Origin: Mobula hypostoma
Taxonomy: Eukaryota
Length of the DNA: 64,000 nt
NCBI RefSeq assembly: GCF_963921235.1
Contig: NC_086097.1
Span: forward strand, 145,516,001-145,580,000
Direction: 5' to 3'
The first letter of the stretch is position 1; each line of letters starts with the position of its first letter. Positions 35,901-50,900 of the stretch are shown here, in pieces. The position numbers and the translations under genes were made by a program. The notes under the pieces were generated by a model. That model was not told the origin of the DNA and did no database searches. It saw only the letters and a list, made by a program, of their open reading frames with translations.

Positions 35901-38900
35901 CAAGGAACCTGGAGATATACTAAATGCTAAGGAAGTTATCTATGAACTTAAAAAAAGGTCAGGCGATTCAAAAGGATAATTGAATGGCAGATGAAATTCA
36001 CTGCTATAACATGAGATGCTACATTTTGTAAGAAAGAATAAAAAGACCTATATATGCCGAAAAGTTTCATTTTGTGTAACTCATTGAGATTAGGGAATAA
36101 TTGAATAAAGCAGTTGGAGTCCCGTAGTTCATAAATGGAGGCAAAGAGTATAAATGATGAGAAGTTTAACTGCAATAATGCAATACTGTAGTGTAGCTTC
36201 AGACTGCCCATTGTCTCTAGCTCCACAGTTAAGCGGAAAACTTTGCAGAAGAAGCAATAAGTTTACTGACATGATTTTAAGGCTGAGGAATTAGTTATCT
36301 GAATAGACAGGAGAAGCTGGAACCGAGAAAGCAGAGATTTGCAGCTTGGCAGATAAAATCAGGAAGTTTATTTTCTATAACAAAATGGAATTCCCAGTGG
36401 GTGAAAGGTTGATAGAAAGAGGGCACATTTCAAGTAACTGGCAAAGAAATCAGTGGCCCATATAAGAAAAAGACATGCCCAGTCACAGCTACATGAGTAG
36501 AGAGCAATAAAAAGATGTAAATACTTCATAGAAAAACAATGTAAGGAAATAGAGAAACTGAACAATGCACTAACTGGATTGCTCTAGAAAGTGTCAATGC
36601 AAAGTCAATGAACAAAGATGTTTTATTGTTATGTAATTTTCTATGACATAAACGTAGTATTCACTCAGCTGCCACAGTTTGTCAACATGTAAACAGAATA
36701 CAAAATCAAACCATGCCAATATAGTATGTAAAAAATATATATTATGAGCTGTTAGTAACTTGCATTCTTCTATCATTAACAGTACTGGCATGAAGAGCCT
36801 AGAAAATATCTGTCTCCAAGTCACTGATCTACTTCCAGGGTTGAAGAAGTTACAGGGTATACTTCCAGAACATGGCTGCCTCCTCATTTCTCCAGCTAAC
36901 TTTTGGAAAAACAGTCGTGATCATTTTGATTCAGATCCAGATATTATTGGCACCATCCACCAATACGAGCCTAAGACTCTGCAAACATCTGCTTCACTCA
37001 AAGGTAGCTTGGATCCTTGAGAATGTAATCTAATGCTCTTTGGCTTCAAACTACACATTACCTGACCTATTCCTGTGTCTGCTATCCTGCAGTTGTACTG
37101 TCTGCCACCTTCTCTTCAAATTCTGCATTTCTACCTCCTCTAGTTAACCTTACCATCAAAAACACAGCCATGAGCACTTTGATGCCTTTATTTACCACCT
37201 TTAATATTTTTTTCTGCTTAATGGTCACTCTTTCCTTTTTTAACCCATTAAAGCATTTTGATTTGAATTGAATCAACCTTATTACTTAGATCCTTCACGC
37301 ACATGAGGAGTAAAAATCTTTACATTACGTCTCCATGTAAATGTGCAGTGTGCAATTTATAGTATTGTAGCATCATTGTAGCAATATTATGGTAAATTGC
37401 TGATTAATTTTTGATTGTATTGATTGAAAGTAAATGTAGGTAAGATATCCAGGAAAACTGACTGCGTTTTTAAAAAATATATATTTAATGTTTATTGGTG
37501 TTGTTAACTAATGAGCCTGCATTAAGGCAAACTCTGGGGAACAGTGATCACAATAAGGTAGAATTTGATTGATGCTTTTTAAGAGAGATAAAGATCCATC
37601 AGAAACTAGCATCTTGGCCAATATAATTTGTAAATTTACATTAGAAAATCTAAATCTGCAGATTGTGGTATTCTCAAATTAAAAACAGTATTTGAAGTTA
37701 AAGTTCATTTATTGTTGGCGTACACGTTGCTAAGATATGGTTTTATTGATTATCTGTGCTCGCCCCACAGTGACAGGAGTAAAATGGCCCACCAGCTGCG
37801 GCGGTGGTCCGACCCACTCCCGTCTGTCCGTCCCCCCCCCCCCCCACCAAAGTTCATCTATTATTGTCTCTGGGAAATTGTATAATACTATGGTAGTCTT
37901 GGCTAACCTGTACGCTCCCAATTCGGATGATGTGGAGTTTTTTGATCGTTCTTTCTCTTTATTGCCTGACCTGAGTTTATATTCTCTTATATTGGGCGGT
38001 GATTTTAACTGTTGGTTAGATCCAGTTTTGGATCGATCGTCTTCTGTTCTAGACTACCAAGTAAATCTGTTTTATCAATTCAGTCCTTCCTTTCTAATTA
38101 TGGTATCTCCGAGGTATGGCGTTTTTTCCATCCAAGTGAGAGAGATTATTTTTTTTTACGTCCATCATACTTTTACTAGAATTGATTATTTTTAAATTGA
38201 TAACCTGCTGATTCCATCTGTTCGCTGTTGTGATTATCAGAGTATGTTGATTTCAGATCATGCCCCAGTTGCCCTGTCTATAATTCTTCCTGGTCTTCCC
38301 CCTATGAATAAACACTGGCGTTTTAATCCGACCCTGTTGTCGGATAATGATTTTGTAAAATTTATGAGGGACCAGATAACTTTTTTCTTAAATACTAACA
38401 TGTCATCTGAAATCTCAACTCAGGTTGTCTGGGATGCCATGGAAGCTTATCTGAGGGGTCAAATAATTTCATATACTGCGAATTTGAAAAGAATGACCTA
38501 TACAGAGCGATTAGATTTGGTTCGTCAAATTAAAGCAACAGACCAATTATATGCCCAGACCAAATATCCGGAATTGTACAAGAAGCGAGTGGAACTTCAA
38601 ACTAAGTTTGACCTTATTTCCACTCACCCAATTGAACGCCAACTTATCGAAAGTAAGAGCCAGTTTTATATTCACAGTGATCAATCCAGTAAATTTTTAG
38701 TCAACCAACTAAGACGTTCTAAAGCTAAACAACAAATTACAAAAATTCAAATGGGAAATGGGAATATTACCTTGAATCATTCTGAAATTAATGATACATT
38801 TAAGAATTATTATTCTGGACTCTATACCTCTGAATCTTTAAATAATAGCATTTCTGTCGAGCATTTCTTATATAGTTTAAATATTCCTTTGCTTTCTCCT

Positions 38901-41900
38901 GATATCAAAGTAAAACTTAATGAGCCGTTATCACTAGAGGAAATATCCTTAGCCATTTCTGCACTGCAGTCTGGTAAATCTCCTGGACCTGACGGGTTTT
39001 CTGCAGAATTTTATACATCATTTTCCTCACTCCTCTTGCCTCAATTATTCTTAGTTTTATCCGATTCGTTTGAACATCGTAAATTACCAGCATCATTTAA
39101 TGAGGCAAATGCTTTATACTTTATTGTCGCCAAACAATTGATACTAAAACGTACAATCATCACAGCGATATTTGATTCTGCACTTCCTGCTCCCTGAATT
39201 ACAAATTGATAGTAAATATTAAATATTTAAATTATGAATCATAAATAGAAAATAGAGAAATGGAAAGTAAGGTAGTGCAAAAAAGACCGATAGGCAGGTC
39301 CGGATACTTGGAGGGTACAGCCCAGATCCGGGTCAGGGTCTGTTCAGCAGTCTTATCACAGTTGGAAAGAAGCTGTTCCCAAATCTGGTCGTACGAGTCT
39401 TCAAGCTCCTGAGCCTTCTCCCGGAGAGAAGAGGGACAAAAAGTGTGTTGACTGGGTGGGTCGTGTCCTTGACTATCTTGGCAGCACTGCTCCGACAGCG
39501 TGTGGTGTAAAGTGAGTTCAAGGACGGAAGATTGGTTTGTGTGATGTGCTGCGCCGTGTTCACGATCTTCTGCAGCTTTTTCCGGTCTTGGACAGGACAA
39601 CTTCCATAGCAGGTTGTGATGCACCCTAGAAGAATGCTTTCTACGGTGCATCTATAAAAATTAGCGAGGGTTTTAGGGGACAGGCCAAATTTTTTTTAGT
39701 TTTCTCAGGAAGTAAAAGCGCTGGTAGGCCATCTTGGCATTGGACTCTGCTTGGTTGGACCAAGTCAGGTCATTTGTGATATTGACCCCGAGGAACTTAA
39801 AGCTTTTGACCTGTTCCACTTGCGCATCAGTGATGTAAATTGGGTGATGCGGTCCATTACTCCTTCTGAAGTCAACAACCAATTCCTTCGTCTTGCTGAC
39901 GTTGAGGGATAGGTTACTGTCTTCGCACCATGCCACCAGGTTCTTACTTTCCTCTCTGTACTCAAACTCATCATTACGGCCTACAATTGTTGTGTCATCA
40001 TCAAACTTATAAATTGAGTTTGATGGAAACTTGGCTACACAATCATGGGTGTACAGCGAGTACAGCAGTGGGCTGAGTACACAGCCTTGTGGGGCACTGG
40101 TGCTCAGAGTGATTGTAGAGGAGAGCTTGTCCCCTGTTTTTACAGCCTGGGTCCTGTCTGTGAGGAAGTTGAAGATCCAGCTGCAGATCTGAGTGCTAAG
40201 GCCCAGGTTCCGGAGCTTAGAAATCAGTTTATTTGGAACAATGGTAGTAAAGGCACAGCTGTAGTCAATGAAAAGGAGAATGAAATATCATTCCTTTAGC
40301 GAAAAAACGTGAAGACCCAACAGAGTGTTCTTCGTATAGGCGGATTTCTTTGTTAAATGTTGAGGTTAAAATTTTGGCTGAAGTTTTGGCTCGTTGATTG
40401 GAGAACATTATACCTCAATTATCTCTGAAGATCAAACTGGTTTTATTAAAAATTGCCTCCCTTTTTTTAATATACAGTGTCTATTTAATATCTTATATTC
40501 ACCTTCAACTGGGATTCCTGAATGTGTCATCTCTCTTAATGCGGAGAAAACATTTGATCGTGTGGAGTGGAACTATCTTTCTGCGGTTTTAGAAAAATTT
40601 GATTTTGGAAAAAATTTTGTTGCATGGATTAAATTGCTATATTCATACCCCATTGCTTCTGTTTTGACCATCTCTCAGCAATCCCAGCCCTTTAACCTTA
40701 AATGTGGCACCCGACAAGGGTGCGCTTTAAGTCCCTTACTTTTTGATCTGGCCATAGAGCCACTGGCGATTGCATTTCGTAGCTGTGCTGGATTGACAGG
40801 GATTCAGAGGCGGGGTGTGGAGCATAAAGTTTCTCTTTATGCTGATGATCTTTTACTTTTTATATCAAATCCAACTACCTCCTTACCCCCAATATTTTCA
40901 CTTCTTAATAAATTTAGCCAACCTTCCAGATACAAACTTAATTTACATTAGAGTGAACTTTTCCCAATTAACAGAGAAGCACAAATATTAGAATTTCATA
41001 ACCTCCCTTTTACTTACCTCGGTATTACAATAACAAGGAATTTTAAGCGTCTTTTTCGAGAAAATGTTTACTAATCTTTTAAATCATACAAAACAGAGTT
41101 TGGCACATTGGTCACCCCTGTCCATGTCTCTGGTAGGTCGAACTCATGTTGTTAAAATGTATATCCTCCCTAAATTTTTATACTTATTTCAATCTATACG
41201 AATTTTTATTCCTAAAGCTTTTTTTGATTCGTTAGATTCTATTACTTCATCCTATTTATGGAAGGGCAAACACTCCAGACTTAATAAAGTTCACCTTCAA
41301 AAACCTAAAAGGGAAGGTGGCATGGCCTTGCCTAATTTTCACTTGTATTACTGGGCAGCCAATATACGTCGTCGTATTTTTTGGTCTTTCTTTTATAATC
41401 AGTCTGACTGCCCAAAATGGGTGGCAATGGAGTTTAACTCTAATAAGGGTTTCTCCATTTCCGCATTTCTTGGATCTGCACTTCCTTGTCATTTGCCTAA
41501 ACTAATTGTTAATCTTCTCTTTAGACATACTTTGAGAATATGGGCTCAGTTCAGAAAATATTATGGTCTTCATGGTTTCTCTCTCTCTAGTCCTATTTTA
41601 CATAACCATCTTTTCTGACCTTCTATGCAAGACTTAACATTTCATGTCTGGCACAGAATGGGCATTAGGTGCTTTGAAGATCTTTCCATAGATAATCGCT
41701 TTGCAACTTTTGAACAATTGTCTGCAAAGTTTAACCTACCTAATACTCATTTTTTTAGTTATCTTCAAATTAGACATTTTATCAACCCTTCAATACCAAA
41801 CTTTCCTGAGGTGCCGGAAAAAAATGTTCTGGACTTGTTTCTTTCTATAAATCCATTGGGTAAAGGTTTAATATCTACTATTCGCGATAAATTAGCGACC

Positions 41901-44900
41901 TTGAGGCGTGCCCCCTTTGATTAAACTAGAACTGCTTGGGAGCATTATTTAAATATTTCTCTGTCCGACGAGGTTTGGGATTCAATTCTTAATTCAGTTA
42001 ACTCAACCTCTTTATGCGCTCACCACTGTCTTTTGCAGTTCAAGGTTGTACATAGGGCTCGTATGTCTAAAACTAAATTATTGTGGTTCTATCCTGATAT
42101 TAGTCCCTTTTGTGACAAGTGTTATGGGGGCGAGGTTTCTCTCTTCCGTATGTATTGGGCTTGTCCTAGTTTGGAGAAATTTTGGAGAGAAGTCTTTTCA
42201 ACTTTATCCCATATTCTTAATTGCCACTTAGAAGCTAAAATTGCTCTTTTTGGCACCTCAGGTGAAGTTGACATGCATTTGAGTCTGACTAAACGTCAAA
42301 CGTTATCTTTTACCTCTTTTTTGGCTAGGCGTTTAGTTCTTCTTAGGTGGAGAGATGTTGCCCCACCCACTCAATACTCAATGGCTTAGAGACATTATGT
42401 CCTGTTTAGACCTTGAAAAGATTCATTATTCACTTATTAATTCGGACATTAAGTTCCATAAGTTGTGGGGACCTTGAATATTTTCATAATTCCTCTTTAG
42501 ATTAAAGGTTTATCCCTTTTTGTATTTTATTCCCTTACTTTCAGCTTTTTTTTTCTGGTTTTACGGTTTTATTACAGTTTATAGGTAGTAGGCAATATAC
42601 TTTTTTTATATTTACAGCTCTGTGGTGACAAAAGCTCTGTTTAACTTTTCTTTACATTGAAATGGTTGGCTTGGAGTTGTGTAGTGTGAGGGTGGGGAGG
42701 ATACTAACTTTATATGATTTTAAATTTTGGGTGCTTTTTCTTTATTGTTATGAATTGTATATTAGTCATGTTTAGTTTGCACTGTATAAATCTATTTTTT
42801 GCTGGTGGGTTTTTTTCCTGTTGTATTGTAGAAACTCATAAATAAATTAATAAAAAAGTTCAGCAGGTCAAGTAGCACCTGAGAGAAAAAATATACAAAT
42901 GTTTGTATTTACCATTTCAGGTTGATATTTTTTCATTGCTTTGTGCATAAATAATGACAAACATCTATAGCCTTTTTCAATATTAACAGCAAATGTATTT
43001 TCCACTAAAAAAGCAAAACTCCAAAAGAAAAATGATCCACTCATAGCTATCTAAGGCTAGGAATAATATGAGATCAAAACAAGCTTATTAGGTTACTGAA
43101 AGGAGCAATAAGCACAAAAATTAGGAAAGCTTTAGGAAGGATGACCAAATCTAACAGAAAGGATAACATAACTTTTATGAGTAAATTAGCAAGAAAAGTG
43201 TAAAGAATTTATCAGAATTTCACAATTGTATAAAGAGGGTAGGGAAAACATAACAAAAGTAATTGCAAATCCTCTGGAAACTTACGGGGAGATTATAATG
43301 AGGAAAGGCCAAAACATTATGTAAATGCTTGTAGTTAGCTTCACCAAGCAAAAGTTAGTCCATCACCAATGGAAAGTTAAATTGGGGTTTAGAAAATATT
43401 GTTTGCTTAGACTAACTTGAAAAGCTGCAAAATTGGGCTACTGGGAAATTGTTTAGCTTAAGGTCATTCATAATGAATAGATTGTACTTAGGATAAAAGC
43501 AGAAATAATACTCATAATTAATTTATGTGCAGATTTGCTGTTTGGTATACCTGGGAAGCACAGTGGCGTTAACTTGCACAATCGCAAACAGGTGGTCTCC
43601 TATGCCATCACTGTCATCCTGCAGGAGTACCACTCGAGGTAAAGTCATTGTTAAGTGTTTTGTGGAACCTCTGTTTGACTTTTCCATCCTGAGAAAATTT
43701 AGTTCAGAATTATTGAATATGCAAGTGAGATAAATTGGTTGTATGCCCTTGAACTTAAGCAAAATTTTGTACACTATTCTTTATTCCTTCCATCGTTAGG
43801 CATTAATATAGAAGTAGTAAAATGGATTCAGCAGTGGCTAGATGGGAGACACCAGAGAGTAGTGGTGGATAACTGTGTGTCAGATTGGAGGACAGTGTGT
43901 AGCGGTGTGCCTCAGGGATCTGTACTGGGTCCAGTGTTGTTTGTCATATATATTAATGATCTGAATGATGGGGTGGTAAATTGGATTAGTAAGTATGCAG
44001 ATGATACTAAGATAGGTGGCGTTGTGGACGATGAGGTAGGTTTTCAAAGCTTGTAGAGAGATTTAGGACAGTTAGAAGAATGGGCTGAAAGATGGCAGAT
44101 GGAGTTTAATGCTGATAAATATGAGTGCTACATTTTGGTAGGACTAATCAAAATAGGACATACATGGTAAATGGTAGGGCATTGAAGAATGCTGTAGAAC
44201 AGAGGGATCTAGGAATAATGGTGCATAGTTCCCTGAAGGTGGAATCTCATGTGGATAGGGTGGTGAAGAAAACTGTTGGTATGCTGGCCTTAATTAATCA
44301 GAACATTGAGTATAGGAGTTGGAATGTAATGTTGAAATTGTATAGGGCATTGATAAGGCCAAATTTGGATTATTGTGTACAGTTCTGCTCACCGAATTAT
44401 AGGAAAGATGTCAATAAAATTGAGAGAGTACAGAGGAGGTTTACTAAAATGTTACCTGGGTTTCATCTCCTAAGTTACAGAGAAAGGTTGAACAAGTTAG
44501 GTCTTTATTCTTTTGAGCGTAGAAGGTTGAGGGGGGACTTGATAGAGGTGTTTAAAATTATGAAGGGGATTGATAGAGTTGACGTGGATAGGCTTTTTCC
44601 ATTGAGAGTGGGGAAGATTCAAACAAGAGGACATGAGTTGAGAGTTAAAGGACAAAAGTTTAGGGGTAACATGAGGGGGAACTTCTTTACTCAGAGACTG
44701 GTAGCTGTGTGGAACGAGCTTCCAGCAGAAGTGGTTGAGGCAGGTTTGATGTTGTTGTTTAAAGTTAAATTGGATAGAAAGGAATGGAGGGTTATGGGCT
44801 GAATGCAGGTCGGTGGGACTAGGTGAGAGTAAGAGTTTGGCACAGACTAGAAGAGCTGAGATGGTCTGTTTCCGTGCTATAATTGTTATATGGTTATATG

Positions 44901-47900
44901 TTGTATTGCATGAAGTTTGCTTAAAATGAAAGGTATGGGAACTGGAGAAATTGTATCTCTGGTAAATAGAGAATACTGAGGGAGAGAACATAGTAACAGT
45001 TATATGGATTAAGAAGTGAAGTTAGTTTAGTAATTTAGTGAGAATGGAAAGAAATGGATCTCGGAGATAAGTTCCACTTTCGTGGGCAGGAGTGGCAATA
45101 GAAGAAAAGCTGGCCACACAAAACATTATCATCAACCACATGCATGTTATCCAGCAGAACGTGTTAGCTAAGAACTAGCTTACATTTTCTGTTGCCATGG
45201 TAGTGTAGTGGTTAGTGCAACACCATTATAGCTTAGGGCATCGAAGTTTGGAGTTCAATCCAGGTGTCCTCTGTAAGAAATCTGTGCGTCCTCCCCATAG
45301 AGCGCTTGGGTTTTTTCCAGGTGCTGCAGTTTCCTCATATAGTCCAAAGGCATACTGGTTAGTAGGTGAATTGGTCATTGTAAATTGACCTATAATTACC
45401 TTAGGTGGGTGGCACTGCTTCAAGGACTGGAAGGATGCATTCTGTGCTGTATTTCTAAATAAAATTTTTAAAAAAGGAATTAACAAAAAGAATTTCAGAG
45501 ATCAAAGTATATATACCATATGCAACCTTGAGATTCAGTGTTTTGTAGGCAGCCACAAAACAAAGAAACACAATAAAATCCTCAAAAAAAGTCCCACACA
45601 ACAAAGACTGTAAAACATCCAAGGTACCAAAAAAAAGAAGAAATTAAAGAAGTAAACAAATTATACATAGAACTGCAGAGTCCCTAAAAGTGAGACCACA
45701 GTCACAGAACCAGTTCAGTGCTGCAGCCGGTCCAGTAGCCCGATGGCCGCAGGCCACAGCTGCAGAGTTAATTGGTGCATATTGCAAAATGTTAAGTGTT
45801 CTTTAGGAAATCCAACTTGTCTTATTTTGACCTTTTTCAGATTTCTAAAGAGCCTCCGCTTGAGGTTAAGGCAGCTTCATCCTGGTACTAACAGCACATT
45901 GAGGGAAGATCAGATAGTCCACGTCCATTTTAAGGAGGAAATTGGCATTGCTGAGTTAATTCCTCTGGTCACAACGTACATCATTCTTTTTGCATACATT
46001 TATTTCTCTACCAGTAAGTTGCAATTTGAAATCTTATTCAATGTATTAAAGTTCATCATTTTGAAATAAAACCAGAAACTTCTGTAAATATGTAGCATAA
46101 TGACATCTGTGGTGTGAGAATTTGATTAATCTGGAATTTTAAAACCTTGTCTCCATAAAGGTTGCCTGACCTGCTTAAGTATTTCCAGAATTTTCTCTTT
46201 TTTTTTTTGGAGCTTATTTCTGCACTTTATTTCTGGTTGGTCTATAACTGGTCTTAATAAAACCCCCTGTCAGTCAATTTAATGATGGTCACAATTCCCG
46301 CCCCTGTAACTGGGGATTGGGTCTGTGATGTTTATTGCAGTAGTGGCGGTTATTTTACCAAGCCTTAGTGCTTGCAGTGTACAGACGTAACCATTTTAGG
46401 TGCATTGAAACCATTTTGGATAATTGAAAAATAATGTTGGGTAAGTAAGCAAATTTCTCAGGTCCAGGTTAAAGTAGCTTGAAATTTGTTTTGGACCTAT
46501 GGCTCCCTGCAGGATGTGAGAGAGTTCCTAATTCTGTCCAGTTCCCCTAGTGAGTAGGTTAGACTGGTTGAGGGGAATAATGTCAAGTGCAGAGAATTTC
46601 AGCTGGCAACCTGCTATTCTATGACTAAGTGCACTGAGCTTCTTGTGTACCTAATTTTTTTACTGCTACCTAATCTTAAAAACTATCAAAATTCAGATTT
46701 GTCTCATCAAACTTATTCAGTCCAGAAAGTAATGAAAATAATCAGTCAGTCAGTCAGTGTGCAATTGTGGGAAGAGAAAGTCAAATATTTTTGGTCGGAG
46801 ACCCATTGTCACAACATTCTGGAAGCGAGTCTCTGATGTAAAATGTTGACATTGTTCCTTTTTCCATAATTGTGGTAGGATCTGAATATTTTCAGCATCT
46901 CCTATTTCTGTTTTAGATTAGACAGAATGAATATTTTTTTAAAATAAGCTAGAAATTTCGATTTTTCTTTTTTAAATCAGATATGCCTTTATGACATCAT
47001 CTCATGCAATGTTTCCTCACAGCTCCACTATAAAAAAAAGCAAATTTTTTTTTTTATTATGTCTCTATGTTTTAGTTTCTCTTCAAAAGATGCCGGTTCA
47101 ATTTTTTTTTTCAAATTTACCAATGTATTTAAATCAGTTTTTCTGATCTTACTCATCATTTGTGAGCTCTGTCCGTTTCATTTAGTTCTCAGTTCTTGGT
47201 TAGAAATTGCATTAAGTAGCATTCTTTTGTAAAAATAGCCATCGTGTAGCTTTGGTGAATTTTCTTTCAAAAAATTAAGCTTAGATCAATTCTTTTTCTT
47301 TTTTATTCATGGTTTTTGAGTCATATCATGTAATTTTGCAGGGAAAATTGACATGGTGAAATCAAAATGGGGTCTTGCACTTGCAGCAGTGGCAACTGTT
47401 CTTAGTTCCCTTCTTATGTCTGTTGGTCTGTGTACACTATTTGGCCTTACACCTACTTTGAATGGAGGGTAAGTGACAATTAAACTTTTCTCATTAATAC
47501 CTTTAGTTCTGTTTATATTGTTTCATCATTACATGAATGCTACCAGCTTCAAATGTAAGGAGCAATAACAAAGGAGGTAGCAGTTTTAAATTATGTAGTA
47601 TCTCTGACAGCTGCCAGAATTAAAACAGAATTTGACACTGAGCCTCAGGTGTATGTTAGGGCAGATGATCAGAAGCTTGGCCAAGAAGGGTTGGTTTTAC
47701 TAACATGGCAACTTGGAAGGGAAGTTGTCATTGGTTGAATATCATGATACTGAAGGAAGCAAAGCAAATCTACAGTTATGGAGGAATATCTGTCCTGTTC
47801 ATAAAAAATTTTCTACAAGTTTAATCAATTCAGGATATAGAAACGTAGAATACCTACAGCATAATACAGGCCTTTCGGCCCACAATGCTGTGCCGAACAT

Positions 47901-50900
47901 GTACTTACTTTAGAAATTATCTAGGGTTACCCATAGCCCTCTATTTTTCTAAGCTCCATGTACCTATCCAGGAGTCTCTTAAAAGACCGTATTGTATCTG
48001 CCTCCACCATAGTTGCCGGGAACCCATTCCATGCACTCACCACTCTCTGCGTAAAAAAAACTTACCTCTGACATCCCTCTGTACCTACTTCCAAGCACCT
48101 TAAAACTGTGCTCTCTCATGTTAGTCATTTCAGCCCTGGCAAAAAGCCTCTGACTATCCACACGATCAATGCCTCAGATATTGTGATTGTAAGGAATTTT
48201 GCAGATTATAGATATCTAAGACTGTTAATGATTTTTTAATCAAATTGTCTTTGCTTTTCAAAGAGAGATCTTTCCTTACCTTGTTGTGGTCATTGGTTTG
48301 GAGAATGTCCTTGTTCTCACCAAGTCAGTTGTCTCCACCCCTGTGGATCTTGAAGTTAAACTACGAATTGCACAAGGTAAAAATATATATATGTTTAGTT
48401 TGCCTTTGTTATTTTACCTTGTTTTATTACTTTCGAGCTGACACAGCTGACCCCTTCATTTGGACACGGCGTATTTCAAAATAGTCATTTATTGCTGGTT
48501 GAATCCATAGAATCATATGAGCTTACAGCAAATAAGGAAACCATTTGGCCTGCTTTTTCTATGCTGTTCAAAACTGCAAGTATTTAGATTATAAATACAA
48601 GAGGTTCTGCAGATGTTGGAAATCTTGGGCAACACACACAAAATGCTGAAGGAACTCAAAGTTCGGCAGCATCTATGGAGAGGAATGAACAATCAATTTT
48701 TCGGGCTGAGACGCTTATTCTGGTCTGGAAGGGAGGAAGATAGAAGATCCTTTGGTCCTTTCCTTTACAGTCCTGATGAAAGGTCTCGGCCCAAAATATA
48801 TAGTTTAAACCATCCATAGATGCTGCCTGAATTGAGAGTTCTTCCAACACTTTGTGTGTGTTGCTCAATTATTTTTTGAGTAGGCAGTGAAGAAAATTGT
48901 TGAAGGCAGAGTGGTAGATTTAGTTTACGTGAACTTTAGCAACAATGTTTAAAATTGTGGAGAGGTACTACGATAGGAAAAATTTAGAGTAACACAGACC
49001 TTATATGGGTAAATGGGACTAGTACAGATAGGCACATTGATTGCCTTGGCTGAATTGGGCTCATTTCCGAGCTGTATGTTTCTATGATAGTGCTAAGTTC
49101 TCTCTGTGTATCTTTCAATGAGCCCACATTAGTGTAGAGTCTCTTCAGTACTCGTCCAGGTACATTCTAAGTTAAGGTGGTTTCTGACAAAGTTCTAGAG
49201 TTCACTTCTCTTTGGGTGAAAGGAATTTTTACTTGTTACCAACAACTCTGCCAAACAAAATTGTTCCTTTTTCATCTTATCTCATCCTCTTCATAATTTC
49301 GTGTACCTTAATTAAACCTCCGCTTTGTGTCCATTGATCCAAAGCAAATAAATTCAGCCTAAAGTTTGTCTTCCCATAAAACTATTAACATTTTGCCAAT
49401 TTCTGCATCCTCTAAAATTTTGGCAAACTGACACTGTCTTCCAGCTGTGGTCAGACTAGAGTTTTATATAATTTAGCATGACTTCCCTGCTTGTATTCAG
49501 TAACTTGGTTGGTGAAGTATCCTGGTTCTCTCCTTATCATTTCATCTATGTGCCCTGCTACCTTCAACATGTGGTGGGCCTGTACTCTTTGGAATTTAGA
49601 AGAGTGAGGGGAATCTCAATGAAACCTAAAAGGCCTAGATAGAGTGGATGCCGTGAACACGTTTCATTTGGTGGGAGGAGTCTAGGACCAGAGGGCACAG
49701 CCTCAGAATAGAAGGACGTCCATTTAGGACGGAGATGAGGAGGAATTTCTATAGTCAGTGGGTTGTGAATCTGTGGAATTCATTGCCACAGGCAGCTGTG
49801 GAGGCAAAGTGATTTGGAGTACTTAAGGTGGAGGTTGATAGGTCCTTGATTAGTCAGGGCATGAAAGATTAAGGGGAGAAGGCAGGAGAATGGTGTTGAG
49901 AGAGAGGATCAGCTATGATGAAATAGCAGAGCAGATATGATGGGCCAAATGGCCTAATTCTGCTCCTATGTCTTAGGTCTAATGTTTTAGTATATTATTT
50001 ATCTGTTTTCATTGGCACCTGTCATGTAAATATTGCATTAAATTGCACCATCAATAAAATCTGCAAATGTTGAATTTTTTTTTTCTCTCATTGTTTCAAT
50101 TTAATCTTATTTTTCCATCAGGTAGTTTTGTGTGATTAGGGTAATCATGGTAGAGATATAACTTGATTCAATAAAATAATTTATTAAATGGCTCGATATG
50201 GTGTTGAGCATATATTTAATATAATATTCTACTCCTTTCCCTGACCACAGTTTACCACTACTCACGTATGCACAACATTATATATTTTATGACTTTTATG
50301 AAGTTATAATAAACTGATACCACCTCCCCCCCCCCCACCCCACAATAATTCAGTGAGTAGATGAAAATAGCCAGGCTGTATTTATAACCCATCTCTAATA
50401 GTGCTGAAAAATTAATCATTACATCAAAAGGCATTAAGAGCTAACCACATTGTGTGAAAAAAGTCACAAATACAGTCAAGTTAAGGCAATGATACAATTT
50501 TTCTTCTTCTGAAAGATATTAATAGACTTCACTCCAAACAAGAAAATCTGCAGATGCTGGAAATCCAAGCGAAACACACACAAAATGCTGGAGGAACTCA
50601 GCAGGCCAGACAGCATCTATGGAAAAAAGTACAGTTGCTGTTTCGGGCCGAGATCCTTTGGCAGGACTGGAGAAGAAAAGCTGAGGAGTAGATTTAAAAT
50701 GTGGGGGAGGGGAGAGAGAAGCACAAAGTGATCGGTGAGGCCGGGAGGAGGCAGATGAAGGAAAGAGCTGGGAAGTTGATTGACAAAAGAGATCCAGGGC
50801 TGGAGAAGGGGGAGTTGGATAGGAGAGAACAGAAGGCCATGGAAGAAAGAAAAGGGGGGAGGAGCACCAGAGTGAGGCAATGGGCAGACAAGGAGTTAAG

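Noticed and set aside
38244..39197. 317-aa ORF as an intact gene
   Set aside because: Fragment of L1 ORF2 whose last residues come from the nested Rex1 tail; the rest of ORF2 is frameshifted.
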